Shown here: positions 63,730 through 64,000 of the stretch, one piece after another
Layout: every line of letters starts with the position of its first letter
Position numbering within the stretch: the first letter of the stretch is position 1
Assembly: GCF_009914755.1 (NCBI RefSeq)
Contig: NC_060947.1
Length of the DNA: 64,000 bases
Strand: one strand, 5' to 3'
From: the human T2T-CHM13v2.0 reference genome, Homo sapiens
Notes under the pieces: generated by a model
Seen by the model: the letters and a program-made list of their open reading frames with translations, nothing else
The model's database searches: none
What the model was told of the DNA's origin: nothing
Translations under genes and position numbers: made by a program

Positions 63730-64000
63730 TTTTCTGGTTATCCATTGTTGTATGACAGACTACCTCAGAGCACAGCAGCTTAAAACAACCATTTTATTAT
63801 ATCTCATGGTTTCACAATTGTTCAGAGCTCAGGTGGGCAATTCTTCTACTTTAAATGGCATTAACTGATGTCATTCAGTGATATTCAGTTAACCGGTATG
63901 GAGGGTTCAGAACAACTTCACTCACATGTCTAGTGCCTTGGCAGGAATGGCTGTACTAGCTGAACTTTTCTGTCTTTAAGTAACTCTTGGAAATCCCATG
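63730..64000 (-). mobile_element. MaLR LTR (MLT1 family), cut by the window end
   Basis: 'cagcttaaaacaaccattttattatatctcatggtttc...cttcactcacatgtctagtgccttggcaggaatggctg'. Confidence 0.65.

Overview
Primate (very probably human) genomic DNA that is mostly interspersed repeat. The only host-gene coding sequence I can support is a terminal exon on the minus strand (CDS 40548->40367, ...[59 protein letters not shown]). I recognise it as the C-terminus of LHFPL1, a tetraspan LHFP-family gene on Xq23. It has a ~770-nt 3' UTR and an AATAAA at 39625-39620. Positions 40549-64000 would be its last intron and 1-39.6 kb its downstream intergenic region. The left 17 kb is an L1 cluster on the + strand: a near-full-length L1PA3-like copy with an 888-codon EN+RT ORF2 remnant, an L1PB1-like copy, an L1PA13-like fragment nested in an MLT2 LTR, and an L1PA4-like copy. 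The rest holds a complete THE1 provirus, many solo LTRs, AluY/AluSg/FLAM, MER DNA transposons and L2/MIR relics. I see no new multi-gene system. The most interesting signals are small: (i) an intronic sense THE1C LTR with a DUX-type motif, TATA, ATG and splice donor in phase with LHFPL1's last exon; (ii) a perfect 41-bp Alu fold-back palindrome with a second template switch; (iii) several atypical L1 insertion fossils; (iv) G-quadruplex motifs in the LHFPL1 3' UTR. Repeat subfamily names come from my recall of consensus sequences, not from a RepeatMasker run, and boundaries of old repeats are approximate.
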